The translations under genes and the position numbers were made by a program. From NCBI GenBank assembly GCA_045106415.1, contig JBGCEP010000073.1, positions 1 through 34,283 of the forward strand: DNA of 34,283 nt. Reading direction: 5' to 3'. The notes beneath the pieces were generated by a model. That model was given only the letters and a program-made list of their open reading frames with translations, had not been told where the DNA came from and made no database searches. Shown piece after piece: positions 1 through 9,443 of this stretch; positions within the stretch are counted from its first letter, which is position 1, and every line of letters starts with the position of its first letter. This stretch comes from Oligoflexales bacterium (GTDB taxonomy: Bacteria > Bdellovibrionota_B > Oligoflexia > Oligoflexales > Bog-1112).

Positions 1-2
1 TC

Positions 3-290
3 GATGTAGGCATAGAACTTTATAATAAAATTTATTAAATGATGGTATTCAAGGTTCGTGACACAGGCATGGGCATTGCTCCTAAATATCATGAAAAAAT
101 TTTTGAGCGTTTCTCCCAGGTTCATGACATCACGACTGAAAGCTTATCTGGTACCGGTCTTGGTCTGCCACTTACGAAATCAATTGTCGAGGCGATGAAA
201 GGACAGATTTTATTTACCAGTGAACTTGGTAAGGGTTCAGAATTTATTGTCAAACTTCCAATACGTCAAGTCACCACAGTGAACTCATAG
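3..290 (+). CDS. Sensor histidine kinase, C-terminal HATPase_c fragment (5' end outside window; in-frame TAA at 36-38)
   Basis: G1 box VRDTGMGI, F box IFERFSQ, G2 box GTGLGL, and MKGQI..S..GKGSEF. The frame reads DVGIELYNKIY*MMVFKVRDTG from position 3. Confidence 0.85.
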
Positions 291-297
291 TTAGCAT

Positions 298-690
298 ATG
301 AGGGGAAAAAAGATGAAGATTTTAGTTGCAGAAGATGACGCCGACAATCAAGCTCTGATTGTCAGACAATTAGCTCGAAACAAGCATCATGTTATTCTTG
401 CTGAAAATGGGAAAGAAGCCTGTGATCTGGCCAAAGAAGAGCGGCCTGACATTATTCTTATGGACCTAAGTATGCCGATCATGAGTGGATATACAGCGTC
501 TTCGGTGATAAAAAGCTCACCAGAAACCGCTGACATAGCGATCATTGCGATAAGCGCTTTTGGGGGTGCTGAAAATATTGAACGTGCAATGAATGCGGGA
601 TGTTCAGCCTACGAGGACAAACCAATTCGCTTTGATTCTCTCATGAACAAAATCAAAGTATTCGCAAAAAAAACGGATAAGACGCATTAG
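298..690 (+). CDS. Single-domain response regulator (DivK/CheY-like receiver)
   Basis: KILVAEDD acidic pocket, PDIILMD phospho-acceptor, AISA, KPI; directly downstream of the kinase. Confidence 0.92.
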   Translation: MRGKKMKILVAEDDADNQALIVRQLARNKHHVILAENGKEACDLAKEERPDIILMDLSMPIMSGYTASSVIKSSPETADIAIIAISAFGGAENIERAMNAGCSAYEDKPIRFDSLMNKIKVFAKKTDKTH

Positions 691-733
691 TGCTGGAGCT
701 GGTTTTGCATGGAATTATTTAGGAAAGAACGCA

Positions 734-753
734 TCAAAAACGGCTGTTTTTGA
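734..753. terminator. Hairpin between the converging response regulator and tRNA-Asn
   Basis: TCAAAAAC-GGCT-GTTTTTGA, 8-bp inverted repeat. Confidence 0.45.
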
Positions 754-768
754 ATAAAATAAATAAGA

Positions 769-844
769 TGGCTCCTCAGGACGGACTCGAACCGCCGACA
801 AGGTGGTTAACAGCCACCTGCTCTACCAACTGAGCTACTGAGGA
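769..844 (-). tRNA. tRNA-Asn (GTT)
   Basis: Reverse complement TCCTCAGTAGCTCAGTTGGTAGAGCAGGTGGCTGTTAACCACCTTGTCGGCGGTTCGAGTCCGTCCTGAGGAGCCA: 76 nt, cloverleaf, GTT anticodon, TTCGA T-loop, encoded CCA. Confidence 0.98.
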
Positions 845-856
845 ACAGCAAGAAGA

Positions 857-885
857 GATATATATTTCTGAGGATAAAGTGTCAA
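857..885 (-). promoter_or_regulatory. Probable sigma-70 promoter for tRNA-Asn
   Basis: Perfect TTGACA (885-880), 17-nt spacer, imperfect -10 TATATC just upstream of the tRNA. Confidence 0.5.
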
Positions 886-907
886 CCCCAAACTGATTTT
901 TTTAGAT

Positions 908-1393
908 TTAGTGATGTTTTTGGAGGAGTTTTTTATTGATAACTTTCAGCATATATTCGATATCAAACGGCTTCGTAACATAGTCATCAGCACCAGCTGC
1001 AAAGCCTTTATCAACATCTTCTTTGCCTTTACATCCTGAAACAAGAATCAATGGCACTAATTTCAAACTGTGATGATTTTTAATCAATCGACAAAGCTCA
1101 TACCCATCAACCCAAGGAAGACAGACATCAAGAAGCACGAGATCCAACCGGGTTGTCTCCAAAACTTTTGACAATTCGAGCCCATCTTCAGCCAGCATCA
1201 CTTTATAACCTTCTGCTTCTAGAATTCTTTTCAGAGCACTACGCATCACTTCATCATCATCGACAACAAGAACTGTTCGTGTATCAATAACAGATTTCAG
1301 TTCACGAAAATCACTTAAACTCACAACCTTACGAGACTTGAGTTTCTCTCGTTTAAGCGCTTCTACTTTTCGACGCAATGTGTGGTCAGTCAT
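908..1393 (-). CDS. Response regulator receiver protein with ~37-aa basic N-terminal extension
   Basis: VLVVDDD, LVLLD, ILVSG and KPF receiver motifs; AGGAG RBS upstream of the ATG. Confidence 0.92.
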   Translation of the reverse strand: MTDHTLRRKVEALKREKLKSRKVVSLSDFRELKSVIDTRTVLVVDDDEVMRSALKRILEAEGYKVMLAEDGLELSKVLETTRLDLVLLDVCLPWVDGYELCRLIKNHHSLKLVPLILVSGCKGKEDVDKGFAAGADDYVTKPFDIEYMLKVINKKLLQKHH

Positions 1394-1413
1394 ATACTTG
1401 CTCCTACACTAAG

Positions 1414-1440
1414 CTATCGGAGCTTTTAGACACACTTTGA
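1414..1440 (-). promoter_or_regulatory. Sigma-28 (FliA)-like promoter
   Basis: TCAA-N15-TCCGATAG versus consensus TAAA-N15-GCCGATAA, ~20 nt upstream of the 1393 start. Confidence 0.6.
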
Positions 1441-1518
1441 ATTTTCACCATCTCTTCTTAAAAAATAATCTTTATTATTAAACACTTATAATTTAAGGCC
1501 TCGTTTTTTTTCATCATC

Positions 1519-2934
1519 ATGATTAAGCTCAAAGCTGACATTCATCATGAAAAGAGCAATCCAATGGCCACTTGCGAGAAAGCTTTGTTTGATATTCACT
1601 GGAAAAAGCCTGTGAGTGAGGCTCCAAAATCTTGGCATATTTGGTTAAACCAGCCTTTAACCAAAAACCCTCTTGAAGAGAGCCTTGGTTTTCCTGACGG
1701 AACTCTTCACATTATTGATGAAGCTTTTCAAGCAGGTTTAAACCGCAGAACAGGTTGGGATCTTTCTCAAATCTCTCCAATGAACCTTTCTAGCTACTGC
1801 ACAGCAGCCAAAGTCTATAAACGCGGTGTTACAACACGAGGACACTCTGAAGAACTCAATTCTAAAAAACCCGTATCTGGTTCTTATCCTATTTGTATTC
1901 TTGATGCTCACAGTGATTTCACAGACCCTGCTGAAAATCACTTTGTAGTGACAGATCGTAGGGTCATGCGATCTTGGCCGATGATTGAGGATTCTGTTGA
2001 TATTTCACTCACCCAGGTCAGTGAGTTTAAAAAATCATTTACAACTGTCGCCGAGATCCTAGAGGCATGGAGATCTCAAGGAAAACCTTCTCAGTGGACA
2101 ATCATTGGCGGGGGTATCACAACTGACCTTGGAGCATTTGCTGCCTCCCTTGTGGGTGCTGAAGTGACGCTTGTGCCAACAAGCCTACTTGCGATGGTCG
2201 ATGCTTGTACCGGAGGAAAGTCAGGGGCTAATCTCGAAAAATGGGGAAAGAACCAAGTTGGAGCTTTTCACTTTCCAAAACAAGTTGTCATTTGGCCAAG
2301 ATGGCTTGAGACTGTGCCCAACTTTAAAGATGGGGCTGCGGAGTGCTTAAAACACGCTTTCTTGAAAGGTGATAAACAGCTTGCACTGCAAGTTGTTCAG
2401 GCCATCACAAGTAAAGATATTCAAGCCATTCTCTCTCTTCTTGAATCACTCATTAAGGTTAAAGCAGACGTTGTCACTCAAGACCCTTTTGAGCAAGGGG
2501 TCCGCGCTGCTTTAAATCTCGGCCATACGCTTGCTCATGGACTCGAGACAGTTTCATCCTTAACGGATGGGCCTGTGCTCTCTCACAATGATGCTGTTGC
2601 AATCGGCTTGGTCTATATGGCAGTTCTTTCAAATACACTTGAATTGCTCTCTGATAAGGATTCTGATTTTATTTTTTCTACATTAGAAAAATCAGGATGT
2701 TTAATGGCAAAAGAACAGCTTAGTTACCACTTAGGAGACCTTGACCCTATTCTTTGCTGGGGACAAATTTTACAGCACATCAAACATGACAAAAAAAGGC
2801 ACATTGCAGGACCTTTGCAATCTGAGTGGATCTTACTCAAAAAATTAGGTGAATTAACAGAACCACTTTTAACTATCGTCGATGACACCGTAGCTAAAGC
2901 AGCTTTTGAGGAAATGCTTCTTGCTCTTTCCTAG
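1519..2934 (+). CDS. aroB: 3-dehydroquinate synthase with ~120-aa N-terminal extension
   Basis: GGGITTDLGAF, VPTSLLAMVDACTGGKSGAN, KNQVGAF, AECLKH, RAALNLGHTLAHGLE, SHNDAVAIG. Confidence 0.85.
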   Translation: MIKLKADIHHEKSNPMATCEKALFDIHWKKPVSEAPKSWHIWLNQPLTKNPLEESLGFPDGTLHIIDEAFQAGLNRRTGWDLSQISPMNLSSYCTAAKVYKRGVTTRGHSEELNSKKPVSGSYPICILDAHSDFTDPAENHFVVTDRRVMRSWPMIEDSVDISLTQVSEFKKSFTTVAEILEAWRSQGKPSQWTIIGGGITTDLGAFAASLVGAEVTLVPTSLLAMVDACTGGKSGANLEKWGKNQVGAFHFPKQVVIWPRWLETVPNFKDGAAECLKHAFLKGDKQLALQVVQAITSKDIQAILSLLESLIKVKADVVTQDPFEQGVRAALNLGHTLAHGLETVSSLTDGPVLSHNDAVAIGLVYMAVLSNTLELLSDKDSDFIFSTLEKSGCLMAKEQLSYHLGDLDPILCWGQILQHIKHDKKRHIAGPLQSEWILLKKLGELTEPLLTIVDDTVAKAAFEEMLLALS

Positions 2935-2961
2935 TTTTCTACACATTAGAAAACTAGGAAA
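2927..2961. terminator. Bidirectional terminator-like hairpin between converging aroB and icmF
   Basis: Perfect 15-bp inverted repeat TTTCCTAGTTTTCTA-CACAT-TAGAAAACTAGGAAA. Confidence 0.65.
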
Positions 2962-3009
2962 ATAAATGATCTTTATCATCAATTAAAAAACTCGATATAT
3001 CACCAAAAC

Positions 3010-6000
3010 CTACATGGCTCGGCGATACTGCCCACCGACTTTATATAGGCACTCTGTTATTTGACCCAATGAGCAAACTCTTACAGTTTTCATGAGCTCA
3101 TCAAATAAATTTCCACCTTCTTGTGCTTTATGGGCTAATTTTTCTAATGCTACATCACTTTCAGAGTGGTGTATTTTATGGAAACTTTTTAAATCTTCCA
3201 GCCTTTGATCTTTTTCTTCATAACTTGTTCGAGACAAAGGCACATCAGGTCTTCCTGGATCTTCAGGATTTAAAAAAGTATTCACCCCAATCAGAGGGAG
3301 TTCTCCTGAGTGTTTTTTTCCTTCATAGTATAGGCTTTCTTCTTGAATTTTATTTCTTTGATATTGGCTTTCCATCGCAGACAACACACCTCCTCGTGCA
3401 GAAATCGCATGAAATTCAGATAACACAGCTGCTTCTACTTGCCTGGTAAGTTTTTGAATAAAGTAACTCCCTTGATTTACATTTTCACAGGAATTGAGTC
3501 CATACTCCCTATTAATAATCAACTGTATTGCCATAGCGCGTCGTACGCTTTCCTCTGTAGGAGTTGTCACCGCTTCATCATATGCATTTGTATGTAAAGA
3601 ATTACAATTATCTAATAATGCCATTTCAGCTTGAAGTGTTGTCCGAATATCATTAAATGCCATTTCTTGTGCATGCAGCGACCGACCTGAAGTCTGAACA
3701 TGATATTTAAATCGACAAGAAGATTCATTAGCACCATACACATCACGCATAGCGATAGCCCAAATACGTCGAGCAACACGACCTAAAACGGCATATTCTG
3801 TATCAACACCATTTGAAAAGAAGAAAGATAAATTTGAAGCAAAGTCATCAATATGAAAACCACGACTTAAATAATATTCAACATACGTAAAACCATTCGC
3901 AAGTGTAAAAGCTAATTGAGTAATTGGATTCGCACCCGCTTCAGCGATGTGATAGCCAGAAATAGAAACAGCGTAATAATTTTTAATTGAATTTTGAATA
4001 AAGTATTCTTGAACATCTCCCATAAGCTTCAAAGAAAATTCTGTCGAAAAAATACATGTATTTTGAGCTTGATCTTCTTTCAAAATATCGGCTTGCACAG
4101 TCCCACGAACATTTTTCAAAGTATGAGCGTAAATTTCTTCATATTCTTTTTGACTAGGATTCTTCTTATGTTGTTCTTTAAATTTTTCAACCTCTTGATC
4201 AATAGCTGTATTAAAAAACAAAGCAAGAAGAATAGGAGCAGGGCCATTAATTGTCATACTCACGCTTGTCGAAGGTGCCGTTAAGTCAAACCCTTGAAAC
4301 AATCTTTTCATGTCATCAAGTGTCGCAATCGACACACCGGACTCTCCTATTTTCCCATAAATATCTGGCTGTTTCATAGGATCAGAGCCGTAAAGCGTCA
4401 CGCTATCAAAAGCTGTACTCATACGATGAGAAGGCTCTTCTTTACAGAGAAAGTGAAACCTCCTATTCGTGGCATCTGGCCCCCCTTCTCCCGCAAACTG
4501 TCGTTTAGGCTCTTCTCCACGCCGACGGTAAGGAAAAATACCACCTGTATATGGGAAATATCCTGGGAGGTTTTCTTCCATAATAAAACGCGCTAAATCT
4601 GGTGCGTTTATTTTTTCAGGAGGTGCCACTCTTGGGTATTTCTGATGTGAAAGAGTTTCAAAGTTTGCCTCAACTTCAACTTTTTTTCCTCGGACTGTAT
4701 AAGATTGAACGTCTTGTTGATAAGCATCTACAAGATCATCCCATGTTTCAATTTGTTTAAGAAGTTGTGTTGGTATCGATTCAGATAATTGATGAATATG
4801 CGACTCAGCACCTGCCGCTTCATTTTTTAAAATATTCCAAGCGTCCCATTTTTTAACAACTTGAACTGTAGTATCAACACTTTGATGATAGTGCTCTATA
4901 GATTCTGCAATCTGGCTTAAATAATGTTGCCTAGCAGGAGGGATAAGAGCATCTCTAGCTTGTGAACAACGTGAGGCAGGCCTTTGAAACTTCGGTTTGA
5001 GAGTTTTTTTTCTAAAACTATTTAGTTTCTCTAGAATTGCTAAATAAAGAGCATTTGTTCCATCGTCATTAAACCGACTCGCTATCGTTCCATATACAGG
5101 CCAACTTTTCGGTGGATGGCCTTGATAACGATTTCTGCGAAGAGTAGTTTGCACATCTCGAACAGCATCAGGACCTTGTGGTCTTTCATATTTATTGACA
5201 GCGATAAAGTCAGCAAAATCAAGCATGTCAATTTTTTCAAGCTGAGTCGACGCCCCATATTCAGGCGTCATCACATAAAGAGAAAAATCAGTATGGTCAG
5301 CAATAGAGGACTCTCCTTGTCCAATACCGCTTGTTTCTAAAATAATAAAATCATAATTTTCAGACATCATTAATTGGACAGCTTGTATAGCATGTGGAGT
5401 TAATGATTGACCTTGCGCTCGTGAGGCCATCGATCGCATATAAATATGAGGATGGCTGCACGTATTCATACGAATACGATCCCCTAACAAAGCACCACCT
5501 GTTTGTCGTTTTGAGGGATCCACACAAAGAACACCAATATGAATGTCTTCAAAATCGACAATCATTCTTTGTAAAATTTCATCAACTAATGAACTTTTTC
5601 CTGCGCCACCCGTTCCTGTGATTCCTAGAATAGGAATCTCTTTTTTAGGCAAACGTTTTTCTTGCAGTTGCTCATAAGAGTATTCTTTATTCTCAAGAAG
5701 AGTAAGGGATCTTGCGAGCGACAAATTTTCTGTCAAAGGATGTAAAAAATCAACATGAGACAACAAATGACCAATCATGCCCTCTAAACCAAGAATTTGG
5801 CCTGCTTCTGGCCCATAAATGGCTGTGACTCCTTTTGCTTCTAACGTCGCTACTTCTTCTAAGGTAATAACACCGCCACCACCGCCAAATATTTTTACAC
5901 CCGAGGCTCCGGCTTCGTCTAATAACTGCCGAACATATAGAAAATATTCCATATGTCCTCCTTGATAACTCGATAAAGCGATACCTTGCACATCTTCCTG

Positions 6001-6210
6001 CAAAGCAGCGTGAACCACTTCAGCAGCGCTTCTATTATGCCCAAGATGAATAATCTCAGCGCCACGAGCTTGCAGAAGACGCCGCATAATATTAATACTT
6101 GCATCATGCCCATCAAACAGTGACGTCGCTGTAATCATCCGAACAGGGTGCTGAAGTTCATATGATTTATAATACTCAATGACTTCTACCGAGAGTTGCG
6201 AAGCATCCAT
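3010..6210 (-). CDS. icmF: Fused isobutyryl-CoA mutase (B12-binding domain + MeaI GTPase + mutase)
   Basis: FDGHDASINIMRR B12 motif, GTGGAGKSS P-loop, DPS..GGALLGDRIRM, RQFAGEG (Phe specificity residue), GYHIAEAGANP, HTNAYDEA, C-terminal GGQYRRAM. Start placed at MDASQ (6210); the ORF extends to 6243. Confidence 0.95.
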   Translation of the reverse strand: MDASQLSVEVIEYYKSYELQHPVRMITATSLFDGHDASINIMRRLLQARGAEIIHLGHNRSAAEVVHAALQEDVQGIALSSYQGGHMEYFLYVRQLLDEAGASGVKIFGGGGGVITLEEVATLEAKGVTAIYGPEAGQILGLEGMIGHLLSHVDFLHPLTENLSLARSLTLLENKEYSYEQLQEKRLPKKEIPILGITGTGGAGKSSLVDEILQRMIVDFEDIHIGVLCVDPSKRQTGGALLGDRIRMNTCSHPHIYMRSMASRAQGQSLTPHAIQAVQLMMSENYDFIILETSGIGQGESSIADHTDFSLYVMTPEYGASTQLEKIDMLDFADFIAVNKYERPQGPDAVRDVQTTLRRNRYQGHPPKSWPVYGTIASRFNDDGTNALYLAILEKLNSFRKKTLKPKFQRPASRCSQARDALIPPARQHYLSQIAESIEHYHQSVDTTVQVVKKWDAWNILKNEAAGAESHIHQLSESIPTQLLKQIETWDDLVDAYQQDVQSYTVRGKKVEVEANFETLSHQKYPRVAPPEKINAPDLARFIMEENLPGYFPYTGGIFPYRRRGEEPKRQFAGEGGPDATNRRFHFLCKEEPSHRMSTAFDSVTLYGSDPMKQPDIYGKIGESGVSIATLDDMKRLFQGFDLTAPSTSVSMTINGPAPILLALFFNTAIDQEVEKFKEQHKKNPSQKEYEEIYAHTLKNVRGTVQADILKEDQAQNTCIFSTEFSLKLMGDVQEYFIQNSIKNYYAVSISGYHIAEAGANPITQLAFTLANGFTYVEYYLSRGFHIDDFASNLSFFFSNGVDTEYAVLGRVARRIWAIAMRDVYGANESSCRFKYHVQTSGRSLHAQEMAFNDIRTTLQAEMALLDNCNSLHTNAYDEAVTTPTEESVRRAMAIQLIINREYGLNSCENVNQGSYFIQKLTRQVEAAVLSEFHAISARGGVLSAMESQYQRNKIQEESLYYEGKKHSGELPLIGVNTFLNPEDPGRPDVPLSRTSYEEKDQRLEDLKSFHKIHHSESDVALEKLAHKAQEGGNLFDELMKTVRVCSLGQITECLYKVGGQYRRAM

Positions 6211-7727
6211 TTTTGCGCTCCATAAGAAATTCCAAAAAAACATATCGCTATCAAGGCATTGATCATAACATTCATCAAACTATTTAGCTTCTGGTGGGAA
6301 AAAGGAGACCAAGAAGCCATTTCAAGTACATACGAACAGCCAGCAATACTCAGCGCTGCCAAGACAGCAAATAACCCCAAAGATTTCATGTTCCAGCGAG
6401 GACAGTCTCCTATATACAGACCTAAAATCAAAAGCGATGCATTTAAACTAAGAACAATAGCTAGCGATATAGCAAGACCGTAAACCCCATAATGATTTAC
6501 AAACCAAGTATTACTCAAAAGATTCACACCAATTGAAAAAAGCCCAACCCACATTGGCCATGACGTTCGATTCTGAGCATAGTAATATGCGTTTAAAACT
6601 TTGAGTAGACCATACGCAGGAAGGCTCATTGCATAGCACTGCAATACAGATGAAGTAACTGAAACATCATATGATAAGAATTTCCCATACCCAAAAAGCA
6701 CATCCACAATAGATTCTGCTGAATACAAAATAATCACAAGACACCAGAGATGAAGCCAAAGAACTGACTCACAGCCTTCTTGTAAATATTGATACTTCTG
6801 CACTGAAGTTTTCGCTCGACTTAGCATTGGTAAAATCACGGTTCCAATAGCAACCGCAAATAAGCCAACAGGAAGTTGCAAAATACGAAAAGCTTGATTT
6901 AACCAAGTTACCGAACCAGTTTCTAAGGTCATAGCAAAATTCGTATTTATAACAACATTTACTTGTGCAGCACTCCCTGCAATCACCATAGGCCCCATAA
7001 GTCTTAACACTGCACGGACATCATCATTCCATTCTGGCAATCCCCACGTCCACCTTGATCGCACAGCCCAAACCTGAAGACTCATTTGGCAAAAGCCACC
7101 CAAAAGGACTCCCCAAGCAAGCCCTGAAATTTCAAGGCCACCCTTATACTGATGTGCCAAGACTAAAGCTCCAAAGACAGCCCCTGCGTTGAGTAGAGTG
7201 GGGCTCACTGCCGTAAGAAAAAAAACACCTTTTTGATGCAGCACGCCTCCAGCAACAGCTCCGATTGTCATCAACCCAATAAATGGAAAAAGGATACGGG
7301 TCAAAGAGACAGCTTTTTGATGAAACTCGGCATCCTCTTGAAAATAGCTCATCCACGACACAAGAGAAGGAGCAAAGATAATTCCAAGCCCACAGATTCC
7401 CATAAGCAAAAAAACAGCCCACCCTAGAGTGTTTTTCAAAAGTCTATCAGCTCTTTCTGGTTCGTCTTCATAGAGGCTTGTATATGTTTTCGTAAACGAA
7501 GCTCCAAAAGCACCTTCTGCTATAAGTTCTCTAAGCAGGTTTGGAATGCGATATGCAATTAAAAACGCATCTAGCGATTGAGAGGCTCCAAAAGTTGCTG
7601 TAATAATAGACTCTCTTAACAGACCTGAAAACCGGCTAAACAGAGTACCGGCAGTGAATTTCATACTTTTTTTCTTAAGAGACATGTCTTTCCTCACTTT
7701 CATAATCTTCACGTGAAGATCATACAC
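6186..7727 (-). CDS. murJ: Lipid II flippase MurJ (MviN)
   Basis: SRFSGLLRE, DAFLIAYRIPNLLRELIAEGAF, RILQLPVGLF; many TM helices. The true start may be a few codons downstream. Confidence 0.95.
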   Translation of the reverse strand: MYDLHVKIMKVRKDMSLKKKSMKFTAGTLFSRFSGLLRESIITATFGASQSLDAFLIAYRIPNLLRELIAEGAFGASFTKTYTSLYEDEPERADRLLKNTLGWAVFLLMGICGLGIIFAPSLVSWMSYFQEDAEFHQKAVSLTRILFPFIGLMTIGAVAGGVLHQKGVFFLTAVSPTLLNAGAVFGALVLAHQYKGGLEISGLAWGVLLGGFCQMSLQVWAVRSRWTWGLPEWNDDVRAVLRLMGPMVIAGSAAQVNVVINTNFAMTLETGSVTWLNQAFRILQLPVGLFAVAIGTVILPMLSRAKTSVQKYQYLQEGCESVLWLHLWCLVIILYSAESIVDVLFGYGKFLSYDVSVTSSVLQCYAMSLPAYGLLKVLNAYYYAQNRTSWPMWVGLFSIGVNLLSNTWFVNHYGVYGLAISLAIVLSLNASLLILGLYIGDCPRWNMKSLGLFAVLAALSIAGCSYVLEMASWSPFSHQKLNSLMNVMINALIAICFFGISYGAQKWMLRNSR

Positions 7728-7748
7728 ATTTTTACGCTTAGAATGGCA

Positions 7749-9374
7749 TCAAAGGTGTGAGGCAAAAATCGGTCGAGTGGAATTATTCACATGAGGTGAA
7801 TGAATTTTTTCAAGAAGCTTCAAAAGAGTTTCTTTAACTTCAATTTTCTTTTTTGCGATACGCTCTCTTCCATATTCAGACCCAAGCCATAGCACTGTCA
7901 TTTGCTGGTATTTCCAACTCACAATCCAAGCGTCTTTTTTATCCTGAGCGACAGCCATCATCGATTGTTTGGGGTAAAGCCTAGAAAATACCTGTTGTGT
8001 TTTCTTCACATGCTTTGCTGCCCATGGTGTGTATGGGAAACACTCTGTTTTTTCTAAAATACGCGGCTGACATCTCACACCATGATGCAAGATGGCACCG
8101 TATGCAGAAGCTATAGCTAAAGGTGAAATCCCTTTTTGTCCCATAGCCATTTGAGTATCTTTTCCAGACGACAGCCCTAGAGTCCTATGAGCACGGTGAA
8201 GTTTTGCACGGTTCAGGCGCGTGACAAGCAAAGCCACTCCTGTTCTATCACTCTTCTCCAAAGTATCTTTAAGACTGGGTGACCACCTAGATTGCAGCCC
8301 TGCTACAGGTGTTTGGAGTTCCCAGCCTTGTGAGAACGCTGTGGTCACTGTCAAGGGCCACATGATTTCCCCAGGGTTTCTTTTTAAAAACAAAGATCGA
8401 TTATAAGAAGAGGATTTATACTGCTTACCTCCTTGCAAAGCAAGTACCTCACCATCAGGGCTGAGAACGACAGCGGCAAGTTGAATTTTTTTCATCGTGT
8501 GAGGAAGGGATAAATGTAGATGAGCTAGATTTTTTTGCAAACGCACATCTAAGGTGCTCATCACTTTGTCATCTTTATCTCGACTAGATGACTTACTATC
8601 AATCTGCATGACTTCTGTTTTTAATTGTGATTGTAAGTAACCCAAAAGTTCGACAGGATCATTCATCCGAAGACGAAGAGGTTTTCGCCACTTCTTGGCA
8701 TAGCGTTGCCCCATGGCTTTTAACACTTCATTTCTACGGGTGATTGCTTTTTGCGGGTGTCGATGGGGCGCTAAAGCACTTGGAGCTTTTAAAAGACCAA
8801 TAAGCAATGCGGACTCATAAGATTTAAGTTTTGAGGCTGTTTTTGAAAAATAACGCTGAGATGCGCTTTCTATCCCGTAGGCTCCAGCTCCAAAATAAGC
8901 ATGGTTTAAATAGGCTTCCAAAATCTGTTTTTTTGACAACCTTCGTTCCAGTGATATGGCAAGAATAATTTCTTGAATTTTTCTTTGATAGGTTTTTCGA
9001 GAGTTCAAATATACGAGCCGTGCTAGCTGCTGAGTAATCGTACTAGCTCCTTGTTGTCGCCTACCTGTTGTGATGTTTGCTAAAGTCGCTCTAGCTATAG
9101 AAGGAAGATGAAATCCATGATGGGAAAAAAAATGGCGATCTTCTGCTGCTAGTAATGCTCGAATTGTATGTTTCGGTATCTTTTCAAACTCAACAGCAGC
9201 AGAAGATTTGGAGTTAACAAAACCTAAAAAATGAAAATGACGATCATAAAGCTTCGTCAGACGGTGTTGATGTCCAGAGTGAATATCAGGCAAGGTATCT
9301 AAAAGCAGACAAACGCTATATGTTCCTACACCTAACAGCACCATCAAAACACACATAAAAAGACGAATGAGCAT
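7749..9374 (-). CDS. Class A PBP-like protein: intact GT51 transglycosylase plus degenerate transpeptidase domain
   Basis: N-terminal TM; GT51 motifs EDRHFFSHHG, GASTITQQL, RKIQE, KKQILEAYLN. TP region has RNPGEIMWP where RQPGSxxKP is expected. Confidence 0.88.
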   Translation of the reverse strand: MLIRLFMCVLMVLLGVGTYSVCLLLDTLPDIHSGHQHRLTKLYDRHFHFLGFVNSKSSAAVEFEKIPKHTIRALLAAEDRHFFSHHGFHLPSIARATLANITTGRRQQGASTITQQLARLVYLNSRKTYQRKIQEIILAISLERRLSKKQILEAYLNHAYFGAGAYGIESASQRYFSKTASKLKSYESALLIGLLKAPSALAPHRHPQKAITRRNEVLKAMGQRYAKKWRKPLRLRMNDPVELLGYLQSQLKTEVMQIDSKSSSRDKDDKVMSTLDVRLQKNLAHLHLSLPHTMKKIQLAAVVLSPDGEVLALQGGKQYKSSSYNRSLFLKRNPGEIMWPLTVTTAFSQGWELQTPVAGLQSRWSPSLKDTLEKSDRTGVALLVTRLNRAKLHRAHRTLGLSSGKDTQMAMGQKGISPLAIASAYGAILHHGVRCQPRILEKTECFPYTPWAAKHVKKTQQVFSRLYPKQSMMAVAQDKKDAWIVSWKYQQMTVLWLGSEYGRERIAKKKIEVKETLLKLLEKIHSPHVNNSTRPIFASHL

Positions 9375-9443
9375 ATCAACCCCGAAGATCTCTCTTTAAA
9401 ATGCTAACAAGCTCAACTCTGTCAGCACAGGGTGATAATTGCC

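Noticed and set aside
1..844. Genomic island integrated at tRNA-Asn
   Set aside because: No integrase and no duplicated tRNA 3' end seen in the window.
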